DNA of 64,000 nt from a virus (taxonomy: Duplodnaviria; Caudoviricetes). Of this stretch, positions 42,167 to 50,545 are shown piece after piece. The first letter of the stretch is position 1. Each line of letters opens with the position of its first letter. The notes beneath the pieces are model-generated. The model was not told the DNA's origin and searched no databases. It saw only the letters and a program-made list of their open reading frames with translations. Location: IMG/VR virus record IMGVR_UViG_3300037483_000693, positions 137-64,136 of that record; one strand, written 5' to 3'. Position numbers and translations under genes: made by a program.

Positions 42167-42598
42167 TCAGGCTCCCAACGCGGCGAGGTTGCCCGGAGCC
42201 CGCTGCGTCTTCAGGTCCAGGGCCATCACCGTCACCAGGCCGGCACCGGTCGAGGCGAGCTTCAGGTACCTGTACCCGTCGGACATCGAGTCGGGGTTGA
42301 CCTCGACGACCATGCAGTTCTGCGTGGCGGCCGCGGCGGTGATCACCGTGGACCCGGCCGCTTGGGTCCGCTTCGTCCACGTGTCGACGCCGGTGCCGGT
42401 GCACGTGTAGTAGCGGGTGATGCAGGCCAGGACCTGCGGCGATCCGCCGGCTGCGGTCTTGGCCTCGGTCAGGGTGTACGTGTCCCCCGCTGCCCCCGCC
42501 AGGTAGCAGAGGAACGCGATGGTTCCGCCCGCTTTCGCGTTGATGTACACCGCATCCGCGAGATGGATGTGGTTGTAGAGCCGTCCGAGCGCTTCCAC
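42167..42598 (-). CDS. Capsid decoration-like protein
   Basis: GGAGG SD; position after the capsid gene. Confidence 0.55.
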   Translation of the reverse strand: MEALGRLYNHIHLADAVYINAKAGGTIAFLCYLAGAAGDTYTLTEAKTAAGGSPQVLACITRYYTCTGTGVDTWTKRTQAAGSTVITAAAATQNCMVVEVNPDSMSDGYRYLKLASTGAGLVTVMALDLKTQRAPGNLAALGA

Positions 42599-42749
42599 GG
42601 GAGGGGCCTTCCTGTTGGGGTGTGAATGCCGTCCAGGTCGTGTCCTCGGGCGGGGGTCTGAATGCCCGCCCGAGGTCGGTCACGGTTAGGTTGGGCCTAC
42701 CGCGTGCTCGGGGCCGGGCCACGGCCCCGAGCACGCTCGGCCGAGAGTG

Positions 42750-43070
42750 TTAGGAGCGCTGGGGCCAGGCGAAGTGCCCGGGCCCATCGCCGACCGAGCG
42801 GCTGGGCGCCCAGTAGACGTCGTTGCCGTCGAGGAGCACCTGGAGATTGACTGCCGACTCGGGGGTCTCCCCCCAGGTGCGGACGATGACCGCAGCGCAG
42901 ACCTGACCCTCCGCGGCGGAGTTCCCGATGTGCGCGACGAACCCGGACTTGGCCTCCTGGGTCTGGCGGAGGTTCAGGCTGGCGTCCGAGCGGCGCCGGT
43001 TGATGACCTCGGCATCCGCCTCGGTCAGCGTGTAGTGGACGGTCCGGCCGACCGTCGGGACCGGCGTCAC
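42750..43070 (-). CDS. Conserved actinophage hypothetical protein
   Basis: PTVGRTVHY...VNLQVLLDGND...WP. Confidence 0.6.
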   Translation of the reverse strand: MTPVPTVGRTVHYTLTEADAEVINRRRSDASLNLRQTQEAKSGFVAHIGNSAAEGQVCAAVIVRTWGETPESAVNLQVLLDGNDVYWAPSRSVGDGPGHFAWPQRS

Positions 43071-44440
43071 GAGCGGGTCGCGATCTGGACGAACGGGGAC
43101 AGGGTGGAGCCGCCGTTCTTCGGGGTGATCGGCGACTTGATCCACGGTTGACCGTCGACCCGCTCGATGATCTTGTAGGCGGTCAGGTCGCTGGCGAACT
43201 TGTAGTGCGGCGAGGACGTCGCGGACATGACCTGCCGGTCACCGATCAGGTAGAACCCCGGGTCCACGAAGCTGATGTCCCCGGCGGTGCCCAGCGTCGG
43301 GACCTTCTCCGTGAAGTACACCGGCCTGCCGAGGATCGACATCGGCGGCCCAGACACACCATTGTTCAGCCAGATCGCGGAGCCACCCGTCCCCACAGAC
43401 AGGGCCATGGTGGCCAGCTCCGGGAACGTGTCGATGGAGGCGATCCAGATCGCCCGCCCCAGGCTGGAGGGGAGCATCCGGGCGAACATCTTCACGATGT
43501 TCTCCCACACGACCGTGGTCGCCGGCTGCCCCGCCTCGGCGGCCACCGCCACCAGGGACGTGTTCCCGGCGTCGAGCATCCCGAGCGGCATCCCGACGCC
43601 GGTGCCGTTGATGAACGCGTCGTCCTCGTAAAAGCCCAACGCTTCGGGGAAGATCTGGTTGATGAACGCCTCGAAGCTGATCGCGCTGTCGCTGATCAGC
43701 TCATTCGGCACCTCGGTGTAGGCGGTCAACTTCTTCGCTTCGAGGACGATCCGGGAGAACGCCGCCTGCGACGCGGTGAGGGCGCCGCCCTCTTCGGTCC
43801 AGTAGCAGACGATCCCCCCATACACGCTGGACGCGTTGGAGGTGGCGTCGATCGCGGGGAACGGGACCCGCAGCGACTCCATCGGGATGACGCGGGCGCG
43901 GGGCCGGATCAGCGCCGTTTCCAGGGCGACGCGCAGCAGCTCGGCGCGGAGCGTCTCCGGGATCAAGAACCCACCCTCGGACGGCACCGTGGAGTCGAAC
44001 GCGGCCCGGACGCGGGAGATCCTCGCCTGCGCCTGCGCGTCTCGCTGCGACAGGTGCCAGATGGACTTGAAGTAGTCCGCGCTGCCCTTGAACTCGTTGT
44101 CGATCTTCGCGCCCATGGCCTTGGGGTTGTGGATCGCGTTGCGCTGCACGGGGATCGGAAGCGGATCGCCGGGGGCCAGGTTCGGGCGGATCAGGTCCTC
44201 CTGCCGGTGCTCCTTCAGGAAGCTGGCGACGACCCGCTGCGTCTCCTCCCTCACCTGCGTCGCGACGGACTGGTCCTTGTCCAGGACCGTCTTCGCGTAG
44301 TTGCTGATGAACTCACCGAACTGGTCCTTGTTCGTTGTGAACAGGTCCTTCATCTTGCTCGGGTCCTGGAGCATCGCCTCGAGCTCGGCCGGGGTGGTGG
44401 GGATGGTGAGCCGCTTCGGCTCGACCGTCGGTGCGGGCAT
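43067..44440 (-). CDS. Major capsid protein (HK97 fold)
   Basis: SEGGFLIPE, WTEEGG, LEAKKLTAYTEVPNELISDS, GTGVGMPLG, IERVDGQP. Confidence 0.92.
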   Translation of the reverse strand: MPAPTVEPKRLTIPTTPAELEAMLQDPSKMKDLFTTNKDQFGEFISNYAKTVLDKDQSVATQVREETQRVVASFLKEHRQEDLIRPNLAPGDPLPIPVQRNAIHNPKAMGAKIDNEFKGSADYFKSIWHLSQRDAQAQARISRVRAAFDSTVPSEGGFLIPETLRAELLRVALETALIRPRARVIPMESLRVPFPAIDATSNASSVYGGIVCYWTEEGGALTASQAAFSRIVLEAKKLTAYTEVPNELISDSAISFEAFINQIFPEALGFYEDDAFINGTGVGMPLGMLDAGNTSLVAVAAEAGQPATTVVWENIVKMFARMLPSSLGRAIWIASIDTFPELATMALSVGTGGSAIWLNNGVSGPPMSILGRPVYFTEKVPTLGTAGDISFVDPGFYLIGDRQVMSATSSPHYKFASDLTAYKIIERVDGQPWIKSPITPKNGGSTLSPFVQIATRS

Positions 44441-44445
44441 GCGGC

Positions 44446-45702
44446 TTACCACGCTTTCTCTAGAGCCGTAATGAACACGTCCTGGTCGATCACGTACTGG
44501 TCGAGGTCCGGGTCGACGGGCTGGGCGGGGATGCGGGCGGTCGGGGTGGGGATGGGCGCGTCGTCGGCTGCGAGCGCGACGGCGTGGTGGAACAGCTCGG
44601 CGAGGGTCACCGGCGCCGGCTCGGCTGGCGGGTCGGCGACCTGGGGTGCGGGCACCGTTGGTGCGGCGTCGGCCGGGGCCGGGGTGGGGACGGCGGGGGC
44701 GGTCTCGGCCATCGCCGCGATCGCCTGACGGATCACATCGGCGAGGGACTCCCCCTCCGCCTCCGGCTCCGGCTCGGCCGCGGCCGGGGCGGACCCCGGG
44801 TCCGGGACGACCGGCACCGGGGCAGGGATCGCGGGCATCTCGGTGGCACTTGCGGTGATCGCGGACGCCACCGCGTCCGGGTCCCAGGCGTCGGCGAACC
44901 CGGCAGTGGCGGACACGGCGCTGGCCAGCAGCGCCGGGTCCCAGGCGGCATCGAACCCGTCGCCATCCGGGGTCTGGGCGGGTGCGGGCAGCGCGGACAG
45001 GACCGCCGCGACCCGGCCCGTGTCCTGGATCCCAGCCAGGTCCCACCGTGCCGCTGCAGCCCGGGCCTTCGCCCCGTCCTTGGCCGGGACCGCAGCGACC
45101 TCGTCGGCCAGGCCCGCCTCGACGGCTTCCTCGGCGGTGTACCAGGTCTCGGCGTCCATCGCCGCCCGCCAGCCGTCGACGGGGGTGGCGGTGCGGTCGG
45201 CGTAGACCTGCGCGATGACGCCGGTGATCTTGTCGAGGAGTTCGGCCATGGCCCGCAGGTCCTTCGCCTCGCCCCAGGCGCAGGCAGACGCGTTGTGGAT
45301 CATCATTTGGGCGGCGCGGCCCATGATCACCCGGTCCCCTGCCAGGGCGATCACCGACGCGATCGACGCGGCGAGGGCGTCGACCTTCACCGTCACCGTG
45401 GCGGGATGCTCGATCAGGGAGTTCGCGATCGCGATCCCGTCGAACACGTCCCCGCCGGGCGAGTTGAGGTGCAGGGTGATCCGGGTTGCGTCGATCTGGC
45501 GGAGGTCGTCGACGAACTCCGACGCCCAGACGCCCCAGCCGCCGATCGTGTCGTAGATCCAGATCTCCGCCTCGTCCTTGCTGGCGTTCTCGATCCGGTA
45601 CCACGACCGGCCCGCCTCGTCGTTGCTGGCGGCGCGGGCGTGGGGTGCGGGTGGCCGGGCTGTCGCCGGGCGGGGCGTCGCGGGCAGGCTCACGGGAGGC
45701 AT
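44446..45702 (-). CDS. ClpP-like head maturation protease with a scaffold-like tail
   Basis: HLNSPGGDVFDG, DALAASIASVIALAGD, MMIHNAS, ETWYTAEEAV. Confidence 0.9.
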   Translation of the reverse strand: MPPVSLPATPRPATARPPAPHARAASNDEAGRSWYRIENASKDEAEIWIYDTIGGWGVWASEFVDDLRQIDATRITLHLNSPGGDVFDGIAIANSLIEHPATVTVKVDALAASIASVIALAGDRVIMGRAAQMMIHNASACAWGEAKDLRAMAELLDKITGVIAQVYADRTATPVDGWRAAMDAETWYTAEEAVEAGLADEVAAVPAKDGAKARAAAARWDLAGIQDTGRVAAVLSALPAPAQTPDGDGFDAAWDPALLASAVSATAGFADAWDPDAVASAITASATEMPAIPAPVPVVPDPGSAPAAAEPEPEAEGESLADVIRQAIAAMAETAPAVPTPAPADAAPTVPAPQVADPPAEPAPVTLAELFHHAVALAADDAPIPTPTARIPAQPVDPDLDQYVIDQDVFITALEKAW

Positions 45703-47921
45703 CAGCCGTCACCTCTCTGCACAGGCTGCTTCTCGATCCACTTCGTCCAGTCGGATCCACCTCGCCAGGTGGCCACTACCTGACCTCGGCAGCGGTCCCG
45801 GCCCAAGCAGTCGAGGTAGCCGCGGATCGGGTACGTGAGCAGCCAGGGCCGCAGCGGGTCGTCGCTGTTGCCGAGCCACCGGCCGTCGACCGCGGAGCAG
45901 GGGCCGCACGTATTGCGGTCGAGCGTTTCTCTCGCGTATAGCGCTGCGGACGGTCCGGCGGTGATCGTGGCGAGGCGGCCCTCGTGCTGCGCCTGCGTCA
46001 GCGCGCCACCAAGGACGTCCTCCGCCTGCGCATCCGTCAACAGGTCGAGGTGTTCGGTGACCACGGTGGTGACCTGGTCGGGGGTGGAGCCGGGGCCCCA
46101 GGAGCGCAGCGCGGCCCTGCCTGCGGACATGGCCAGCCCGGCCGCCAGCGACGCGGCGGCGACCTGCGCGGTCGCCGCGAGACCGAACCGTTGGACCGTC
46201 CCGGTGCTGATGGTGACGTCCTGCGCGGCGGCCTCCGCGACGACCTGCCCGGCAGCATCCGCGGCGAGGGCGACCATCGCGTCCTCCAGGGCTGCGGCTG
46301 CGTCGAGGGACGCGGCGTGCAGGCCGGTGAGGGCGATGACGTCGCCGGCCGCGACGGCCTGCCTGACCTGCTCGACCAGGGCCGTCTTCTGCGCTGCCGT
46401 GTAGCCGGCCCAGGTGGCGAGCAGGGCGTCCAGCGCGGCCTGCCACGAGTCCTGGACGGGGGTCAGGTCCGGGCCGGTGCCGGCAGGCATCTCGGCGGGG
46501 GTACCGTCACCGGGCGCCTCGGGCAGGACCGCGGCAGCCCGGGGCGCACCAGCGTCGTCGCGGGCATGCCGGCGGGCGGCGGGCGCACTGTATGTGAGGG
46601 CGGTCCGGACGGCGTCGGCGAGGGTCTGGCTGGTGGCCAGCGCCATCGTCAGCGCACGGTCATCGCGGGGGTGGCGGGCCGCCGGTGTCGGGGTCACCGG
46701 CGGCCCGCCGTCCTGGGGAGGCTGCGCCGCCGTCGGGGCCGGGGCGGCGTCCATCTCCAGGTCATCAGGCAGACCCACCACCCGGGCAGCCGACCGGGCG
46801 GAGACACCGGCCTGCCGGTATGTCGAGAACGCGGTCGCCTTGCTGGTGCGGTCGGTCTGCTCCAGCACCTCGTCCTCAGGGACCGGGGAGTCGTAGTCGA
46901 ACTCGACGCCCTTCCCCGTCGTCCCGAACATGGGCAGGTAGAACCCGTTCAAGGCGAGCTTGATCCGCTCCAGGCGGGGGACGAGGCAGCCCGTCGCGTA
47001 GATCACCCGGGCTGCCTCGGCGTTGGCCCGGTTCACGTTCTCGGTGGTGCCGAGCATCGGCTTGGGGTACCGGTACGCCTCCCGGATCCGCTCGCTGGAC
47101 AGGTTCCGCAGTTCGGTGAACTGCATGTCCTTCACCGAGTAGGACCGGTCGACCCATTCGCCTTGCTCCAGGATCGCGACCCGGTGGGCTTGGGCGACAC
47201 CCTGATGCTGCTGCCGCCACCGGTCACGCATCTCGTCGAACTCGTCGTCCGACAGGCGCTTGTCGACCTTGATGATCCCGCCGGGCTGCGCGGAGTTGAG
47301 GAAGAAGTTCCGGTTCCATTCGGCGCCGAACCGGGCCGAGTCGATGTCCGCGAGGATCGTCCCGACCGGGCCAAGGCCCCGGTACGGGTCCATCGGGTCC
47401 GGCAGCCGCAGTTGGATGACCTCGTCGAGGTCCAGTGGCACTTTCTCCCCGCCGGGGCCGGTGTACACCCAGCCCTTCAGGTAGTCCTTCACGGAGGGGA
47501 CGGGTTCCATCCGGTCCGGGCGGACCGGCCACAGTTCCAGCGGGATCGACCCCGCCCTGACGACCACCCAGTACGCCTCGCCGGGCAGGTCGAGGTGCTG
47601 CTGGAACGTTTCGACGAACAGTTGCCGGTGGAAGAAGGTGTTGGGCTTGCTCCACACGTCGAGGGCGAGGTGGCGGGTCACCTCCTCCCGCTGGCCGTCC
47701 GGGGTGCCGGGGGCGGGGGTGCGGTACAGGTGCCAGTCGACGGCGGCGGTGTCGTAGGCGAGGGAGGAGACGATCGCATGGAGGGTGCCCGTCGCGCCCA
47801 TGGCGGCGAGTTGGGCGGTGCGGCCCCCTCCCCCGCCGCCCGGGGCGGTGAACGCGTTCTGCCGTCCCGTGGTGTAGGGGACGGGGGCGCGGTCGAGGAT
47901 GCCGCCGATGAGGGACCGCAC
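45702..47921 (-). CDS. HK97-family portal protein fused to a MuF-like C-terminal region
   Basis: LPGEAYW, LWPVRPDRM, YRGLGPV, FFLNSAQPGGII; C-terminal DRNTCGPC...CLGRDRCRG. Confidence 0.9.
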   Translation of the reverse strand: MRSLIGGILDRAPVPYTTGRQNAFTAPGGGGGGRTAQLAAMGATGTLHAIVSSLAYDTAAVDWHLYRTPAPGTPDGQREEVTRHLALDVWSKPNTFFHRQLFVETFQQHLDLPGEAYWVVVRAGSIPLELWPVRPDRMEPVPSVKDYLKGWVYTGPGGEKVPLDLDEVIQLRLPDPMDPYRGLGPVGTILADIDSARFGAEWNRNFFLNSAQPGGIIKVDKRLSDDEFDEMRDRWRQQHQGVAQAHRVAILEQGEWVDRSYSVKDMQFTELRNLSSERIREAYRYPKPMLGTTENVNRANAEAARVIYATGCLVPRLERIKLALNGFYLPMFGTTGKGVEFDYDSPVPEDEVLEQTDRTSKATAFSTYRQAGVSARSAARVVGLPDDLEMDAAPAPTAAQPPQDGGPPVTPTPAARHPRDDRALTMALATSQTLADAVRTALTYSAPAARRHARDDAGAPRAAAVLPEAPGDGTPAEMPAGTGPDLTPVQDSWQAALDALLATWAGYTAAQKTALVEQVRQAVAAGDVIALTGLHAASLDAAAALEDAMVALAADAAGQVVAEAAAQDVTISTGTVQRFGLAATAQVAAASLAAGLAMSAGRAALRSWGPGSTPDQVTTVVTEHLDLLTDAQAEDVLGGALTQAQHEGRLATITAGPSAALYARETLDRNTCGPCSAVDGRWLGNSDDPLRPWLLTYPIRGYLDCLGRDRCRGQVVATWRGGSDWTKWIEKQPVQRGDG

Positions 47922-47922
47922 G

Positions 47923-48093
47923 TCAGTCCCTCCGGCCGGCTTCGGTGACGGCGTCGGCTGCGTCGTTCCATGCCTGGCGGATGTCGGCGGTCAGGTCCGG
48001 CCAGCCCGGGAGCTGCGCACCCGAGACCAGGGACTTGTGGTCGGACGCCGCGCAGTACGCCTCGTACGCGACCCGACCCAGGACGGCATCCAT
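47923..48093 (-). CDS. 56-aa conserved phage protein
   Basis: GRVAYEAYCAASDHKSLVSGAQLPGWPDL. Confidence 0.55.
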   Translation of the reverse strand: MDAVLGRVAYEAYCAASDHKSLVSGAQLPGWPDLTADIRQAWNDAADAVTEAGRRD

Positions 48094-48295
48094 CAGGGCC
48101 GGAAGTTACGTCCCCTACCAGCCGGTTTGACCTGGACTCGTGGTACCGGTTTTCGCCGGCTGGACATACCCCGCCCGGGTAGGACCAGTAGCATCCGGGC
48201 TGGACAGGTCCGGGGCCTGGGGTGGTGCCGGATGGACTGGGGTTGGGGGTGTCGGTGTGGCGGATGGGCCGGGCAGGACGCGGGCTGGTCGGGGC

Positions 48296-48496
48296 ATGTC
48301 CCGGCAGGACGTCCTGGGGTTACCGGCCGTCATGTCCGTCGACACGGCGGCGGAGGCGTGGGGGATCAGCAAGGCGGCGGCGTACGACATGATCCGGCGG
48401 GGGACGTGCCCGTTCCGGACGGTGCCGGTGGGGCGGTGGACGCGGGTGCTGCGGGCGGACCTGCTGGAGTCGCTGAGGATCCGCGACCACGACTGA
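48296..48496 (+). CDS. Excisionase-like HTH protein, antisense to the head operon
   Basis: LPAVMSVDTAAEAWGISKAAAYDMIRRGTCPFRTVPVGRWTRV; start could be further upstream. Confidence 0.7.
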   Translation: MSRQDVLGLPAVMSVDTAAEAWGISKAAAYDMIRRGTCPFRTVPVGRWTRVLRADLLESLRIRDHD

Positions 48497-48514
48497 CCCG
48501 GGGGTCCCCGGCCG

Positions 48515-48862
48515 TCAGTTCGGGAGCAGTGCCTTCGCCAGGACCAGCACCAGACCGCCCGCGACGGTGAGCGCCCCGCCGAGCGCGACCTGCCACAACC
48601 CCAGCCCCGACCCGCCGCCAGAGCTGGGGCCAGCCGACGACGGGGTCTCGTGGATCCGGTACTCCAGCAGCAGCACGGCGGCGGCGGCGGCGAACCACCC
48701 CCACCGGCCGAACACCGCGAACCCGCCCACCGCAGCCAGCGTGAGCCCGGCGACGGCCAGGCCGTAGGGGGCGATCCGGTCCCGCCAGGCCAGGTGGGCG
48801 CGGCGGGACACCTGCTGCCGGGCGAGCCGCCAGCGGGGGTGCCGGTTCGGGCGTCGGGTCAC
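48515..48862 (-). CDS. Membrane protein
   Basis: Three hydrophobic segments. Confidence 0.55.
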   Translation of the reverse strand: MTRRPNRHPRWRLARQQVSRRAHLAWRDRIAPYGLAVAGLTLAAVGGFAVFGRWGWFAAAAAVLLLEYRIHETPSSAGPSSGGGSGLGLWQVALGGALTVAGGLVLVLAKALLPN

Positions 48863-49233
48863 AGGGTGCTCATCGCCCCGGCGGGCATCCGGCACCCGCA
48901 GTCCCGGATCGTGCACCGATGGCCGTCGTACATCCGCCTCGCGTCCGCCGCGATCCACCGCCCCAGGTCATCGACCGCGGCATACCAGGCGTAAACGAAC
49001 GGGTGCCCGACGTAGGGCGCAGGCCCCCAGAACCTCTCCCGGTGAAGCTGGTGGACCTTGACCGTCATCTCGGTCACCGGAGCGGTGAAGGACGCGGCCG
49101 GGACGAACGGGATCTGCAGGTGGTCAGACGGTAGGTCTGGGCGGTTCCCATCCAGCCAGCCAATCAGCCATGTCTTGCTGCGGTAGGCGGGGTGCCATTC
49201 CAGCGGCGACGGTGGCGCCGCACGGCCGCTCAC
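48859..49233 (-). CDS. Hypothetical protein
   Basis: GTGA-coupled on both sides. Confidence 0.5.
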   Translation of the reverse strand: MSGRAAPPSPLEWHPAYRSKTWLIGWLDGNRPDLPSDHLQIPFVPAASFTAPVTEMTVKVHQLHRERFWGPAPYVGHPFVYAWYAAVDDLGRWIAADARRMYDGHRCTIRDCGCRMPAGAMSTL

Positions 49234-49649
49234 GCGTCCCTCCAGGTCGGGTCGAAATCCGGATGATCCGCGTACGGCTGGACCAGCTGCCGCAGCAGGT
49301 CCGGCGCTGCGTCAACAAGGGCCGCGTCCACCCGGTCCAACTCCCAATCCTTGATCGGACCGTAAGAGAGCCACTGTGCGCACAGGTCGACGATCGCCCG
49401 CTTCGCTGCTACCTCGGCGAGCACCCGGGCCGGATCCCACCGGGCGATGTACCGCGTCACGCGACTGTCGCCCTGGGGCCACACGTAATCGGTCCAGTCC
49501 TGTCCGCCATGGTTCGGCAGCCCAATGTCGAGACAGCCACTGGTCTGCTCATACCACTCGGCCGACATGCCGGGATCCTCCGTCGCCGCCCGGGCAGCCG
49601 CCTCGTCCGCGTCGATGCGGGCGCGCAGGAACCCGACCAGGTCAGCCAT
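49230..49649 (-). CDS. DUF6221-like protein, copy 2
   Basis: First 84 aa identical to copy 1 (23147-23569); different middle; same C-terminal motif. Confidence 0.75.
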   Translation of the reverse strand: MADLVGFLRARIDADEAAARAATEDPGMSAEWYEQTSGCLDIGLPNHGGQDWTDYVWPQGDSRVTRYIARWDPARVLAEVAAKRAIVDLCAQWLSYGPIKDWELDRVDAALVDAAPDLLRQLVQPYADHPDFDPTWRDA

Positions 49650-49956
49650 GGGCCCGGATGTGCTCAGCCAGGGTCGGCTCCGGGGACTCAGGGAATGGGG
49701 CCACCGGCCCATGATGCTGCACCGTCAGGTCCTCCACGGCAGGCTCACCGGTGTCGACGTCCATGTAGGGGCGGCCGTGCCGCGACGCGAGGACCTGCAC
49801 CGTGACCGTCCCCGCCTCATCGTCCACCGTCACCCTGGCACCCACGGGGATGGTCGCCGGGTTGATGCCGACCGTCTGGAGCCAGGCGATCCACGCGGGC
49901 CGGCTGGTGTCCCAGTCGGGATCCTGGTGGGTCGGCAGCTTGGTGGTGCGGGTCAC
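49642..49956 (-). CDS. Hypothetical protein
   Basis: WLQTVGINPATIP motif; coupled. Confidence 0.55.
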   Translation of the reverse strand: MTRTTKLPTHQDPDWDTSRPAWIAWLQTVGINPATIPVGARVTVDDEAGTVTVQVLASRHGRPYMDVDTGEPAVEDLTVQHHGPVAPFPESPEPTLAEHIRAHG

Positions 49957-50249
49957 AGTGTCGCCTCCAGTGCCTCTTCCAGTGCGTCCCGGACGGTCGC
50001 CGTCCACCTGACGATCACCATGTCCGCGTCGGCCTCCTCGCATGGAACCTGGACCGGGCCGTCCGGGGTGGCGACGTACCGGGCGAAGGTGTGCCCCCGC
50101 CACGGCCGCCCATCGGGGACCGCCGCCTGGTCGAGGCACGCCTGCTCCCACATCGCGTCCAGCACCATCTCCCGCAGACCCGGCCCCATCTCTCGCCAGA
50201 GCTCGATCGTCATCCGCTGGGCGAGGGAGAACCGCCTCTGGTCGTTCAT
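49953..50249 (-). CDS. Hypothetical protein
   Basis: Coupled ORF. Confidence 0.5.
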   Translation of the reverse strand: MNDQRRFSLAQRMTIELWREMGPGLREMVLDAMWEQACLDQAAVPDGRPWRGHTFARYVATPDGPVQVPCEEADADMVIVRWTATVRDALEEALEATL

Positions 50250-50545
50250 CGGGGTACCGCCTCGGTGCCAGTGATCCAGGCCGAGTAGCTCAGCCGCACC
50301 TCGAACAGGTGCGCGTCGATCCGGGTCCAGTCACCCCGCGGCGGGGTCGGCGGCAGGTCCAGCGTCGGATTCCCCGGAGGCCCGCCACCGAGGCGGACAC
50401 CCTGCTCCTTGGCCAACGCCACCGCTTGGGCGTGCAGCAGGTCGGTGATGGCCGACCGGCCGCGCTGCTCGACCGGGACCTGCGCGTAGAAAGTCCACGT
50501 ACCCCATCGCCCGCTCACCGGGATGCCCCCACGGTCGCTCCCCAT
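50246..50545 (-). CDS. Hypothetical protein
   Basis: TAATG overlap with the terL stop. Confidence 0.5.
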   Translation of the reverse strand: MGSDRGGIPVSGRWGTWTFYAQVPVEQRGRSAITDLLHAQAVALAKEQGVRLGGGPPGNPTLDLPPTPPRGDWTRIDAHLFEVRLSYSAWITGTEAVPR

